64,000 bases of DNA from an uncultured Commensalibacter sp. (GTDB taxonomy: Bacteria; Pseudomonadota; Alphaproteobacteria; Acetobacterales; Acetobacteraceae), in contig CAMPDW010000005.1 in the NCBI GenBank assembly GCA_946699565.1, positions 20,978-84,977 on the forward strand. Direction: 5' to 3'. The notes beneath the pieces were generated by a model. That model did not search any database and had not been told where the DNA came from. It was given only the letters and a program-made list of their open reading frames with translations. Shown here one piece after another: positions 31,755 through 40,633 of the stretch. Within the stretch, counting starts at the first letter, position 1; every line of letters begins with the position of its first letter. Both the position numbers and the translations under genes were made by a program.

Positions 31755-33185
31755 ATGTGGAATTTACCTCTTACTTCAAATAAACCATTATATCAACAAC
31801 TTATTGATTTAATTGAACAAGGAATCATAAACGGACAATTAAATCCTGGAGAACGATTGCCATCAGAACGTCAATTAAGCAACCTATTACATATCAACCG
31901 TTCCACAGTGATTCATGCATTTAACGAGCTTACTGACCGTGGTATATTAATTCGTAAAATAGGTAGTGGTTCTTATATCAATATCATTAAAGAAAAACTA
32001 CAAAGTAATCCTTTAATTAATTGGTACCCTTCACCCTCCGCCTATTTGCAAAAACATCAAGATTCCTATCAACTTCATATTCAAGAATTACGTAAAAAAA
32101 CTCGAGACAAACATTTTACACTTTTCGATATGGCAACGGGGGATTTAGCTCCAACATTGCTCCCCAAGATTGATTTAACCGATTTACCTTGGCATCATAT
32201 CTTATCCTTAGAACAAGATGAGGAAACAACGCTTTTAGGCTTGTATACGTTACGTCAAGCTATTCAATATCATATAAAAAAACGTATTGGCATTTCGATT
32301 GAGCTCTCAGAAATACTTATCACGACAGGAACTCAGCAAGCTTTGTTCCTTTTAGCCCAAACCTTGTTAAAACCAGGTGATCATATAGGGGTTGAACTAC
32401 CATCTTCCTTTTATAGATTACCAATTTTTGAAGCTTCAAGTTTACGCATCCATACCATTCCTGTGGATCAATATGGTCTCAATCCAGAAGAACTGCATAA
32501 AACCATTCGTAAATATCCGTTGAAAATGATTTTTTTAAATCCTTTATTTCAAAATCCAACGGGATCAGTCCTATCCTCTTATCGAAAAAAAGAAGTTCTA
32601 CGAATTTGCAATGATAATCATATAGCGTTAATTGAAGATGATGCATATAGCCTTCTTTCGTTTAGTGAAACGGTTAATTGTACTCCTATTAAGACATATG
32701 ACACCCATAATCAAATTATTTATCTTGGCTCTTTATCAAAATATATAGGCAGAACGATTCGTGTAGGATGGATTGTTGCCCCTACCCCTATTATTCAAAA
32801 ACTTGCTACTGTTAGACGCCAAATAGATGGGGGGATTAGTGTGTTACCACAACTTTTGGCTCAATATTATTTAACTCAACAATTCAATCATCATGTTAAT
32901 TGGCTTCAAAAAAAATTATCTAAAAAAGCTCAAAATCTTTGTATATGGTTAAAACAAAATTATCAGGATTTATTTCAATTTCATGAACCACAAGGGGGAC
33001 TTTATCTTTATACACATTCACCTCCTGAAAAAAATAAAGAACTTACGAATCTTGTACAAACTTGGTTAAAACAAAAAATTATTATAGCTAAAGGCGAAGA
33101 ATTTGGCGGTAAAACAAATGAAATACGCTTCAATTTTTCCCAATTTTCATCAAAATTAACCAAAAAGTCAAAATTATTCTCTTAA
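31755..33185 (+). CDS. pdxR: MocR/GntR-family regulator with aminotransferase-like domain (PdxR-like)
   Basis: 476 aa. N-terminal wHTH (LYQQLIDLIEQGIINGQLNPGERLPSERQLSNLLHINRSTV) plus a fold-type-I aminotransferase domain (SLSKYIGRTIRVGW, PLP-lysine context). Divergent from pdxST. Confidence 0.8.
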   Translation: MWNLPLTSNKPLYQQLIDLIEQGIINGQLNPGERLPSERQLSNLLHINRSTVIHAFNELTDRGILIRKIGSGSYINIIKEKLQSNPLINWYPSPSAYLQKHQDSYQLHIQELRKKTRDKHFTLFDMATGDLAPTLLPKIDLTDLPWHHILSLEQDEETTLLGLYTLRQAIQYHIKKRIGISIELSEILITTGTQQALFLLAQTLLKPGDHIGVELPSSFYRLPIFEASSLRIHTIPVDQYGLNPEELHKTIRKYPLKMIFLNPLFQNPTGSVLSSYRKKEVLRICNDNHIALIEDDAYSLLSFSETVNCTPIKTYDTHNQIIYLGSLSKYIGRTIRVGWIVAPTPIIQKLATVRRQIDGGISVLPQLLAQYYLTQQFNHHVNWLQKKLSKKAQNLCIWLKQNYQDLFQFHEPQGGLYLYTHSPPEKNKELTNLVQTWLKQKIIIAKGEEFGGKTNEIRFNFSQFSSKLTKKSKLFS

Positions 33186-33342
33186 GTCAATATTTCTTTT
33201 TAATTTAATGTTAAACTCTTTTAAAAAAATAAAGAGATGATTTATAATTTACATAAGATTTAAAATATTCCAAAATTTATAGTTAATGAAGGAAATTATT
33301 TAATCTTATCAAACTAAATATTTATAAATTACAAAGGATTAA

Positions 33343-33720
33343 ATGATGTTATTTCGTCATATTTGCGTTGCTTCAAATGATATAGAAAAATCAAAAAAAT
33401 TTTATGATGCTATTTTCAGAACTTTAAATTTATTATCTGAAATAGATCATAAAGGACGTCCTTATTATCTAAAAGATGGCCAAAGATTTGTAATCACCAA
33501 ACCTATTGATGGCAAACCTGCCACCTATTCAAATGGTGGAACCATTGGGTTTTCTATGAATTCGCCCCAACAAATCGATGAATGGCATAACGCAGGAGTA
33601 AAAAATGGCGGAATATCGATTGAAGATCCTCCAGGATTTCGTAAAGGGACAAATTTATATCTTGCCTATCTTCGTGATCCTGATGGCAATAAGCTTTGTG
33701 CCGTCTATGAGAAAAAATAA
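33343..33720 (+). CDS. VOC (glyoxalase/bleomycin-resistance/dioxygenase) family protein
   Basis: 125 aa. FRHICVASNDIEKSKKFY...AYLRDPDGNKL is the typical VOC beginning and end. Confidence 0.75.
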   Translation: MMLFRHICVASNDIEKSKKFYDAIFRTLNLLSEIDHKGRPYYLKDGQRFVITKPIDGKPATYSNGGTIGFSMNSPQQIDEWHNAGVKNGGISIEDPPGFRKGTNLYLAYLRDPDGNKLCAVYEKK

Positions 33721-33743
33721 TAAATATATTCCCTTTAGTATCA

Positions 33744-33794
33744 TTAATTTCTAATCAGCTCTCTTTCATTAAAAATCAGCTAATTAGAAATTAA
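33744..33794 (+). terminator. Long imperfect hairpin downstream of the VOC gene
   Basis: TTAATTTCTAATCAGCT (33744-33760) pairs with AGCTAATTAGAAATTAA (33778-33794) with one mismatch. Followed by TTTCATTTT. Confidence 0.45.
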
Positions 33795-33904
33795 TTTCAT
33801 TTTGAATAATATAAAAAAATATTTTTTAATAACCTATTCAAAAAATTAATTTTCAAACTATATGATTTCTTAAATGTTCAATTTTAAAAGGTAAAATTAT
33901 AACT

Positions 33905-34228
33905 ATGCATACTAATAATTTGACCCTTAACGAAATTAAACGCTTAATAAATATGGTAACTAATTTAAACATCAAAAACCGATCTCTAGTAATCGCTTTG
34001 ATACTTTGGTTTTTTTTTGGTTTCTTTGGTTTTCACCGTTTTTATATTCGAAAATTTTTTACTGGGTTTTGCATGGTCTTTTTAATGATTTTTGGACTCA
34101 TAACAAAATTCATTTTAATAGGTTATCTGTTTTGTGGTGTTGTTTGGTTATGGTGGATTTATGATTTATTCATGCTTTTAATCAATACGAAAAAAACATC
34201 CTCTATTCTTATCACTAAGATTAATTAG
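33905..34228 (+). CDS. TM2 domain-containing membrane protein
   Basis: 107 aa. ALILWFFFGFFGFHRFYIRK is the TM2-domain signature, followed by a second TM helix. Confidence 0.75.
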   Translation: MHTNNLTLNEIKRLINMVTNLNIKNRSLVIALILWFFFGFFGFHRFYIRKFFTGFCMVFLMIFGLITKFILIGYLFCGVVWLWWIYDLFMLLINTKKTSSILITKIN

Positions 34229-35442
34229 CAAGTTTTCTAAATTTATCAGCCAAAATAGCACTTAATACTCTCCAAAAACCTAAAATCCTGATCTGATGAA
34301 AACGATATAAAAATAAATGTGCTATTTTGGCTATCAAACTACTTATTGCAATATGATGTCCAAAAACACCAAAGGATTTGTATCTACCAATACTAACCAA
34401 AGATCCATAGTTTTAAATTTAAAATCCTCAACCTCTGAAAAATTTTGAATTAACTTTAAAAAGTTATGACTAAGATAAAAAGCTTGTTAGGTCGCCATTT
34501 GTGCCGTTGAAGGTACAGGATTATTTTGAATAGATGAACAATCCCCCATTGCAAAAACGTAAGAAAAGCCAAGTATTTGCAAACGAGGTGTAACGATAAG
34601 TTGAGACCTTTTCGAACATTGTACCCCTTCAATATTATTTAAAAAATCGGCCCCCTTAATTCCTGTTGTCCAAGCAACCTGATCGGCTAGAAGAAAATCT
34701 TTATTTTCCAAATGAACACTGCCCTTTTTAATTTCTTTCACCCATGCCGAAAGCAAAGTACGAATACCAATCTGATTCATCGTTTCTTTAACTGTATTAC
34801 TAATGCCAAGTTTAAAATTCAGAAGAATTTGATTACTTGACTGTACAACTGTCAAATGTAGATAATCTATAAAATCATATCCTACATATTGAGAAGATTG
34901 TCGTAATTGATAAATAATTTCTCCGCTTAATTCTATCCCAGTGGCTCCACCTCCAACAATAACAACATAATGTTTTTCTTTTAATATAGCAGCCTGAATA
35001 ATAGAATGATTTAAATCATCAATTGGATAAGCTTATTCCTTTACCCCTTTTGTATTAAAATCATTTGTTTTGCTTCCCATAGCCACAATTAAATAATCAA
35101 AATCAACTTGTCGTTCAGGTAGAATTTCTTTTCCGTCTTTATTTATATAGATTTTTAACTTAATTCTTTTCTGTTTCAGGTCAATTTCCGATACTTCACA
35201 GGGATTGAAAATATAACCATCTCTTTTTGCTTGATTAAAAAAATTAACACCTTGCTCTTCTGGAATGGAGCTGCCAGCAGCAAAAATAATAACATAGGTT
35301 TCCAAATATGATATTCATTTTTGTCAATAAGCATTAATTCATATTGATGATTGATCAAGGGTGATAATTGCGTTACGAATTCCATTCCTGCAATTCCGCC
35401 ACCCAATACTATAATGCGTTTTTTCTGCAAGCCATCCTCCAT
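34221..35442 (-). pseudogene. ndh: Type II NADH dehydrogenase (NDH-2) pseudogene with at least 4 inactivating lesions
   Basis: Colinear NDH-2 pieces are split across frames. KKRIIVLGGGIAGMEF...HIWKPML is followed by a frameshift near 35290. AAGSSIPEEQ...AMGSKTNDFNTKGVKE is followed by an in-frame TAA at 35033-35035. AYPIDDL...VVIVGGGATGIELSGE...AMGDCSS...AQMAT is followed by an in-frame TAA at 34487-34489. A further frameshift near 34410 precedes YGSLVSIGRYKSFGVFG...LYRFHQIRILGFW... Confidence 0.85.
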
Positions 35443-35653
35443 TTTTCTTAAATTATAATAAAGATATCATTTAATTTTTATAGTTATTGTGAAATTAAAC
35501 TAAAAAATATTTTTTTAATCATTGATATTAATATTTATAAAATCAAAATTGATAAATGAAATGGAAAATTATAAAGATAAATTTTTTTTGAAAATTAAAA
35601 ATAAGTTCTGTAAATCTTGAATATTAAAATCCATTATTCCTTTTAACACATTT

Positions 35654-36700
35654 ATGTTACCAAAAAAATTCAGCTCTATCATTCAAAAAAAAGCTTTTGA
35701 GATAGGATTTGACCAATTCGGGATATGTGAAGCAAAACTGCCTCCTGAAAAAGCCAAACTATTAAAAGAATTCATTACCCTAAATCATCATGGAACAATG
35801 AATTGGCTTAAAAACCGTATAGATCAACGATCAAGTCCACATATTCTTTGGCCTGAAGTCAAAACAGCAATTATTCTAGGTGTAAATTATAGATCCAAAG
35901 AAAATCCACTCGAAAATCTTGCTCATCCAGAATATGGAAATATTTCAATTTATGCCCGTAATCGTGATTATCATACAATTATCAAAGGATGGTTAAAACA
36001 TCTAGCCCAATATATTTTAAAAGAAGCCAAATTATTTACCCAGAATGAACAGGTTAAAGTTTTCATTGATACTGCTCCAATTATGGAAAAACCCCTAGCA
36101 CAGCAAGCAGGATTGGGTTGGCAAGGGAAACATACAAATCTGGTATCACGTCAATTTGGTAGTTGGTTATTTTTAGGAGAAATATTAACTACCCTAGAAA
36201 TTCCATCCTTTCAGATGGGAAGCAATCATTGTGGATCCTGTCAAAAATGTTTAACTATTTGTCCTACTCAAGCTTTCCCAAAACCTTTTCAACTCGATGC
36301 AAGACGATGTATTTCATATTTGACTATAGAATATCATGGTAGTATTCCAATTGAATTTCGTAAACCTATGCAAAATCGAATTTATGGATGTGATGACTGC
36401 TTATCCGTTTGTCCTTGGAATAGATTCGCAAGTCAGACACGACATGTCAAATTACAATCTAGACCAGAACTTATTGCACCTCCCCTTATGCGATTTCTTC
36501 AATTTACCGAAGATAATTTTAGAAGTTTTTTTTCAGGATCCCCTGTTAAACGTATAGGTCATTTAAGATTTATTCGAAATGTACTCATTGCTGCAGGAAA
36601 TTCCCATGAAATTACTTTATTACCTTTTGTTAAAAAATGGATTAATCACGAAAATGCTGTTATAAACGAAACTGCACAATGGGCTATCGATGAATTTTAA
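35654..36700 (+). CDS. queG: Epoxyqueuosine reductase
   Basis: 348 aa. Ferredoxin-like CGSCQKCLTICPTQAF and CDDCLSVCPWN, plus the QueG-type N-terminal domain and C-terminal HEAT-like region. Confidence 0.9.
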   Translation: MLPKKFSSIIQKKAFEIGFDQFGICEAKLPPEKAKLLKEFITLNHHGTMNWLKNRIDQRSSPHILWPEVKTAIILGVNYRSKENPLENLAHPEYGNISIYARNRDYHTIIKGWLKHLAQYILKEAKLFTQNEQVKVFIDTAPIMEKPLAQQAGLGWQGKHTNLVSRQFGSWLFLGEILTTLEIPSFQMGSNHCGSCQKCLTICPTQAFPKPFQLDARRCISYLTIEYHGSIPIEFRKPMQNRIYGCDDCLSVCPWNRFASQTRHVKLQSRPELIAPPLMRFLQFTEDNFRSFFSGSPVKRIGHLRFIRNVLIAAGNSHEITLLPFVKKWINHENAVINETAQWAIDEF

Positions 36701-36729
36701 CAAGTAAGCTTATTTCCTTTCAATACCTT

Positions 36730-36957
36730 ATGCCACATCATTACCTTAAAAAACGTAGCTTGCAAATTTCTGGACATCGAACCAGCATTGCCTTGGAACA
36801 AGAATTTTGGGATATTCTTAATCAAATGGCAAAAGCAAAAAATCAAACACTTATTCATTTAATAACCGAAATAGATACACATCGTTCTACAAATCATCCA
36901 TTATCTTCTTTATTAAGATTAAAAGCATTACAGTTTGTTTTAAATACAAAAGATTAA
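36730..36957 (+). CDS. Ribbon-helix-helix domain protein (RHH_4-like)
   Basis: 75 aa. RSLQISGHRTSIALEQEFWDILNQMA matches the conserved small alphaproteobacterial RHH family. Confidence 0.6.
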   Translation: MPHHYLKKRSLQISGHRTSIALEQEFWDILNQMAKAKNQTLIHLITEIDTHRSTNHPLSSLLRLKALQFVLNTKD

Positions 36958-37156
36958 GAATCTTGATGAAATTATATAATTATAACCTATATTTTAATTA
37001 TAGATGAATTTTCTGTTAAATACCCAACAAAAAATTAAATATCATCATTCTAAATAGCTTATAATGGACAAAAATAAATTTACCTTTTTACAAAAGAATA
37101 ATAAATTATTCTTCAACCTAGTTTATATATAATTTAAAGAATAATACTTTATAACA

Positions 37157-37987
37157 ATGCCTATTTTTGGAAAAATATTTGGAACAATCGCGGGGTTTGC
37201 AACAGGCGGACCCATGGGTGCTCTATTAGGGGCGGCTATCGGACATGCCGCTGATAAAAATACATTATTAGCTCCCCCTCCCGGTGGTTGGATTGAACAG
37301 TGGAAACGTAAGCTATCACCTGATATTATGGGAGCAAGTGCTTATATTGCGGTCCAAATAGCATCCTCAACGGGTAAAAAAGATCAAGTTTTGGCACTAT
37401 GTACAATTATTTTATCCGCCAAGCTAGCAAAATGTGACGGTCCTGTTAATCGAAAGGAAATTAATCATTTTAAACGTTATCTTCATATACCACCCCAACA
37501 GGAAAAACAAATCGGCATGTTATTTGATCATGCTCGTGTCAATGTAAATGATTACTCCAAATTTGCTGAAATTCTGGCCAAGGATTTTAAAGATGAAAAA
37601 ATAAAACTTGAAAATCTATTTACGCTCTTATTTCTATTAGCCCGTTCAGATCTTCAAAAATCCGAACCTCTTAATCCAGCTGAAGAAAAATTCTTACGCA
37701 CTGTTCACCATATATTCGGACTTTCAAAACAAGCTTGGGATTATGCTAAACAAGGAGGCACCCCTCGTTCCGTCACGGAGGAACCTGACGCCTATCTCAT
37801 TTTAGGCGTTAATCCAAAAACTACAACAGAAATTATTCGGTGTAAATGGCGTGAACTTGTAAGAACTTATCATCCAGATCTTATCGCCGCAAAAGGAGGA
37901 ACAGCTCAAGAAATCGAAGAAGCCAATCACAAAATAATTAAAATAAATGCTGCATGGGATTATATTAAACGCAATCGAGGATTATAA
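37157..37987 (+). CDS. djlA: DjlA-like co-chaperone (TerB-like domain plus C-terminal J domain)
   Basis: 276 aa. Gly-rich membrane-proximal N-terminus. J domain DAYLILGVNPKTTTEIIRCKWRELVRTYHPDL (HPD motif). Confidence 0.8.
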   Translation: MPIFGKIFGTIAGFATGGPMGALLGAAIGHAADKNTLLAPPPGGWIEQWKRKLSPDIMGASAYIAVQIASSTGKKDQVLALCTIILSAKLAKCDGPVNRKEINHFKRYLHIPPQQEKQIGMLFDHARVNVNDYSKFAEILAKDFKDEKIKLENLFTLLFLLARSDLQKSEPLNPAEEKFLRTVHHIFGLSKQAWDYAKQGGTPRSVTEEPDAYLILGVNPKTTTEIIRCKWRELVRTYHPDLIAAKGGTAQEIEEANHKIIKINAAWDYIKRNRGL

Positions 37988-38256
37988 TTTTAAAAAATAT
38001 TTATTCCAATTAATTTTGTGTTCTTGATTTATTCCATAAATCAATCTTTATTTGTTGTTTTATTACCACAATCTTTATGCCCACATCATAATTTTAACAA
38101 TCTCAAATTCTTTTTTCTGTTGTTTGATTATTAATCTGCTATGTTCTGAAAATGTTGATAACAAATATTATGATTAATTAATTTATTTAATTATTTTAAA
38201 ATATATGATCTAAATTTCTTATCGATAAAACAAAATAAAAGTTAATAAAGGTTGCC

Positions 38257-39078
38257 ATGAATTCCACCCTATTTTCTTTCTCAACTTTTTTAAAATCCAA
38301 TAAACTGAAAATAAAGAATCCCTTTATACCTTGCTTAACTTTTTTGGGTTGCCTTATTCTTTTATTAAATGGATGCAGTAACCCACCTCCAAAAGACCCT
38401 GAAGCTTTAGCAGAATATAAGCATAATAATGATAAATACGAACCAACTAATCGTAAAATGTATGGTTTTACCATGAAAATGGATAAATACACGCTTAAAC
38501 CTGTAGCAAAAGCTTATGTTTGGGCTGTTCCAAAAGTTCTTCGCAAATCTTTTAGTAATATGATTCGTACAATGGATGAACCTGTAGTTTTCTTTTCCGA
38601 TGTTGGAGCTGGAAAATCCAGACGTGCAGGTGATGCTTTTGCACGCTGGTGTATAAATATGGTTGCAGGTATCGGTGGTTTAATTGATGTTGCCGAAATG
38701 GCTGGTTACAAACATCACGATACTACTCCAGGCATGACTTTAGCAAGTTGGGGAGTAAAGTCTGGACCATATTTATTTGTACCTTTTATGGGTCCAACTT
38801 CTTTACGTGAAGGTGGAGGATCCATTATTGCCGTTGGTTTATCACCATGGAATTATGTTCCAAGAGGATATGGCTTGATAACTTTTAACTGGGCATATAA
38901 TATTTTAGGAGTAATTAGTTCAAGAGCAGATTACCTTGATGCAATGAAACAGTTACAACAAGATTCGTTAGACCCTTATGCTACAATCCGCAGTGCATAC
39001 CAACAACAACAAGATGCTGAAATTAAGGCACTTATTGATGATCATAGAGCAACGGTACCAGCATGGTATGTTAAATAA
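38257..39078 (+). CDS. mlaA: MlaA/VacJ outer-membrane lipoprotein
   Basis: 273 aa. Lipobox-like LLLNGC. DKYEPTNRKMYGFTMKMDKYTLKPVAKAY matches the MlaA core. Confidence 0.85.
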   Translation: MNSTLFSFSTFLKSNKLKIKNPFIPCLTFLGCLILLLNGCSNPPPKDPEALAEYKHNNDKYEPTNRKMYGFTMKMDKYTLKPVAKAYVWAVPKVLRKSFSNMIRTMDEPVVFFSDVGAGKSRRAGDAFARWCINMVAGIGGLIDVAEMAGYKHHDTTPGMTLASWGVKSGPYLFVPFMGPTSLREGGGSIIAVGLSPWNYVPRGYGLITFNWAYNILGVISSRADYLDAMKQLQQDSLDPYATIRSAYQQQQDAEIKALIDDHRATVPAWYVK

Positions 39079-39093
39079 TTTAGGAGGTATATC

Positions 39094-39756
39094 TTGAAAC
39101 GTCATATAAATAAATTTCTTCTTCCTGCACTTGCTGTGAGTGGTATAATTTTCGGTGGAAATATACCTTTACAATCTTCAATATTATGTTCTGAAGCTCA
39201 TGCATATTCAGCAGAAACAAACTATACGGATAGTCAATTAAAAGATTGGCTTGAAACGACCGGTAATCAAATGGTTGCCATTGTTAATGCTGATTATTCA
39301 AAAACACAGCAAAAAAAGAAATTTTTACCTATTTTAAACAAATATGTAGATGTTGACGGTATTGCCAAATTCTGTCTAGGTCGTTTTTGGCGTGTTGCCA
39401 CACCAGAACAGCAACAGGAATATAGCCAGTTATTTCATCAGGTTTTGGTTAATTCTATTACAAATCGTCTAGGTGAATATAAAGGCGTTTCTTTCACAAT
39501 TGGTGAAGTTTCATCCATTGAAGGAAACAAAAAGTCTATTCAAACAACATTAAAACGACCAAAACAACCAGACGTTGTTATACAATGGATTATCGAAATT
39601 AAAAATGGTAATCCAATGGTTGTAGATATTGTTGGTGAAAATGCCTCCCTAGCTGTGACCCAAAGAGGAGATTACACATCTTTTATTGCACGTCATCAGA
39701 ATAATGTTGGAGCTTTAATTGATGCCTTAAAACGTCAAATTCAAAATCATACCTAA
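39094..39756 (+). CDS. mlaC: Phospholipid-binding periplasmic protein MlaC/Ttg2D family
   Basis: 220 aa. TTG start preceded by AGGAGG (39082-39087). Signal peptide, plus FCLGRFWRVATPEQQQEY and LVNSIT family motifs. Confidence 0.8.
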   Translation: MKRHINKFLLPALAVSGIIFGGNIPLQSSILCSEAHAYSAETNYTDSQLKDWLETTGNQMVAIVNADYSKTQQKKKFLPILNKYVDVDGIAKFCLGRFWRVATPEQQQEYSQLFHQVLVNSITNRLGEYKGVSFTIGEVSSIEGNKKSIQTTLKRPKQPDVVIQWIIEIKNGNPMVVDIVGENASLAVTQRGDYTSFIARHQNNVGALIDALKRQIQNHT

Positions 39757-39761
39757 CGAAC

Positions 39762-39789
39762 ATCCATCATAATGTTTATTATGATGGAT
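39762..39789 (+). terminator. Perfect 12-bp hairpin after mlaC
   Basis: ATCCATCATAAT (39762-39773), loop GTTT, ATTATGATGGAT (39778-39789). The T-tail is weak. Confidence 0.45.
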
Positions 39790-39814
39790 TTCAGCATTAA
39801 ACATCTTTAAAATT

Positions 39815-40453
39815 ATGATTAAGAAACGTTTTACTACTGATTTTATAAAAGAACTTGAAGAATTATTTACATGGCGAAGAGATGTAAGGCACTTTAAACC
39901 TGACCCTGTTCCCCCAAAAATTTTAGATCATTTACTTTCTTTTGCCTGTAAAGCACCTTCTGTTGGATTAAGTGAACCTTGGCATTTTGTTCAAGTCAAT
40001 AATCTTGATTTACGTCACAAAATATATCTTAATTTTAAAGAAAATAATCAAAAAGCTTCCCAAAATTATAAATCTAAAGAACAAACATTATACCAATCTT
40101 TAAAGCTGTCAGGCTTAAATGATGCACCTCATCATATTGCTGTTTTTTCAGAATTTGATCCTAGTCAAGGTAAAGGATTAGGACGTCAAACTATACCACA
40201 AACAACAGCGTACTCAACTGTAATGGCTATTTTTAGTTTTTGGTTAGCTGCAAGGGCTTATGGTGTTGGTGTAGGCTGGGTTTCAATTTTATCTCCACCA
40301 GATATAATCCAACTTCTAGACATACCAAAAACATGGGAACTTATTGCCTATCTTTGTGTAGGATATCCAAAATTTTTTCAAAACATACCTGAGTTAGAAA
40401 TAAAAGGTTGGGAAAAACGTAACCCAGATAAACATAAATGGCTAATCAAATAA
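39815..40453 (+). CDS. bluB: Nitroreductase-fold protein, BluB-like (5,6-dimethylbenzimidazole synthase candidate)
   Basis: 212 aa. ELFTWRRDVRHFKPDPVP...APSVGLSEPWHFV matches the BluB/cob(II)yrinic diamide reductase subfamily. The subfamily call comes from motif memory only. Confidence 0.7.
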   Translation: MIKKRFTTDFIKELEELFTWRRDVRHFKPDPVPPKILDHLLSFACKAPSVGLSEPWHFVQVNNLDLRHKIYLNFKENNQKASQNYKSKEQTLYQSLKLSGLNDAPHHIAVFSEFDPSQGKGLGRQTIPQTTAYSTVMAIFSFWLAARAYGVGVGWVSILSPPDIIQLLDIPKTWELIAYLCVGYPKFFQNIPELEIKGWEKRNPDKHKWLIK

Positions 40454-40633
40454 ATATTAAAAAGTAACTAAATTTATTTTTGCCACAATTTATAAAAAAC
40501 TTTTTATCTCTTATTTTTTATGTTTTGCTATAAACTATAACTTATTATTTAATAAATATTAACTATATTATAATTTAGTTATCTGACTAACTTAACTATA
40601 AATACAACCCTAGCAAAAAAGGGAATCTAAGTT

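Noticed and set aside
38196-38492. A 98-aa minus-strand ORF overlapping the mlaA start.
   Set aside because: It is antisense to the MlaA lipoprotein signal/lipobox region. It has no motif and a poor context, so it is most likely spurious.
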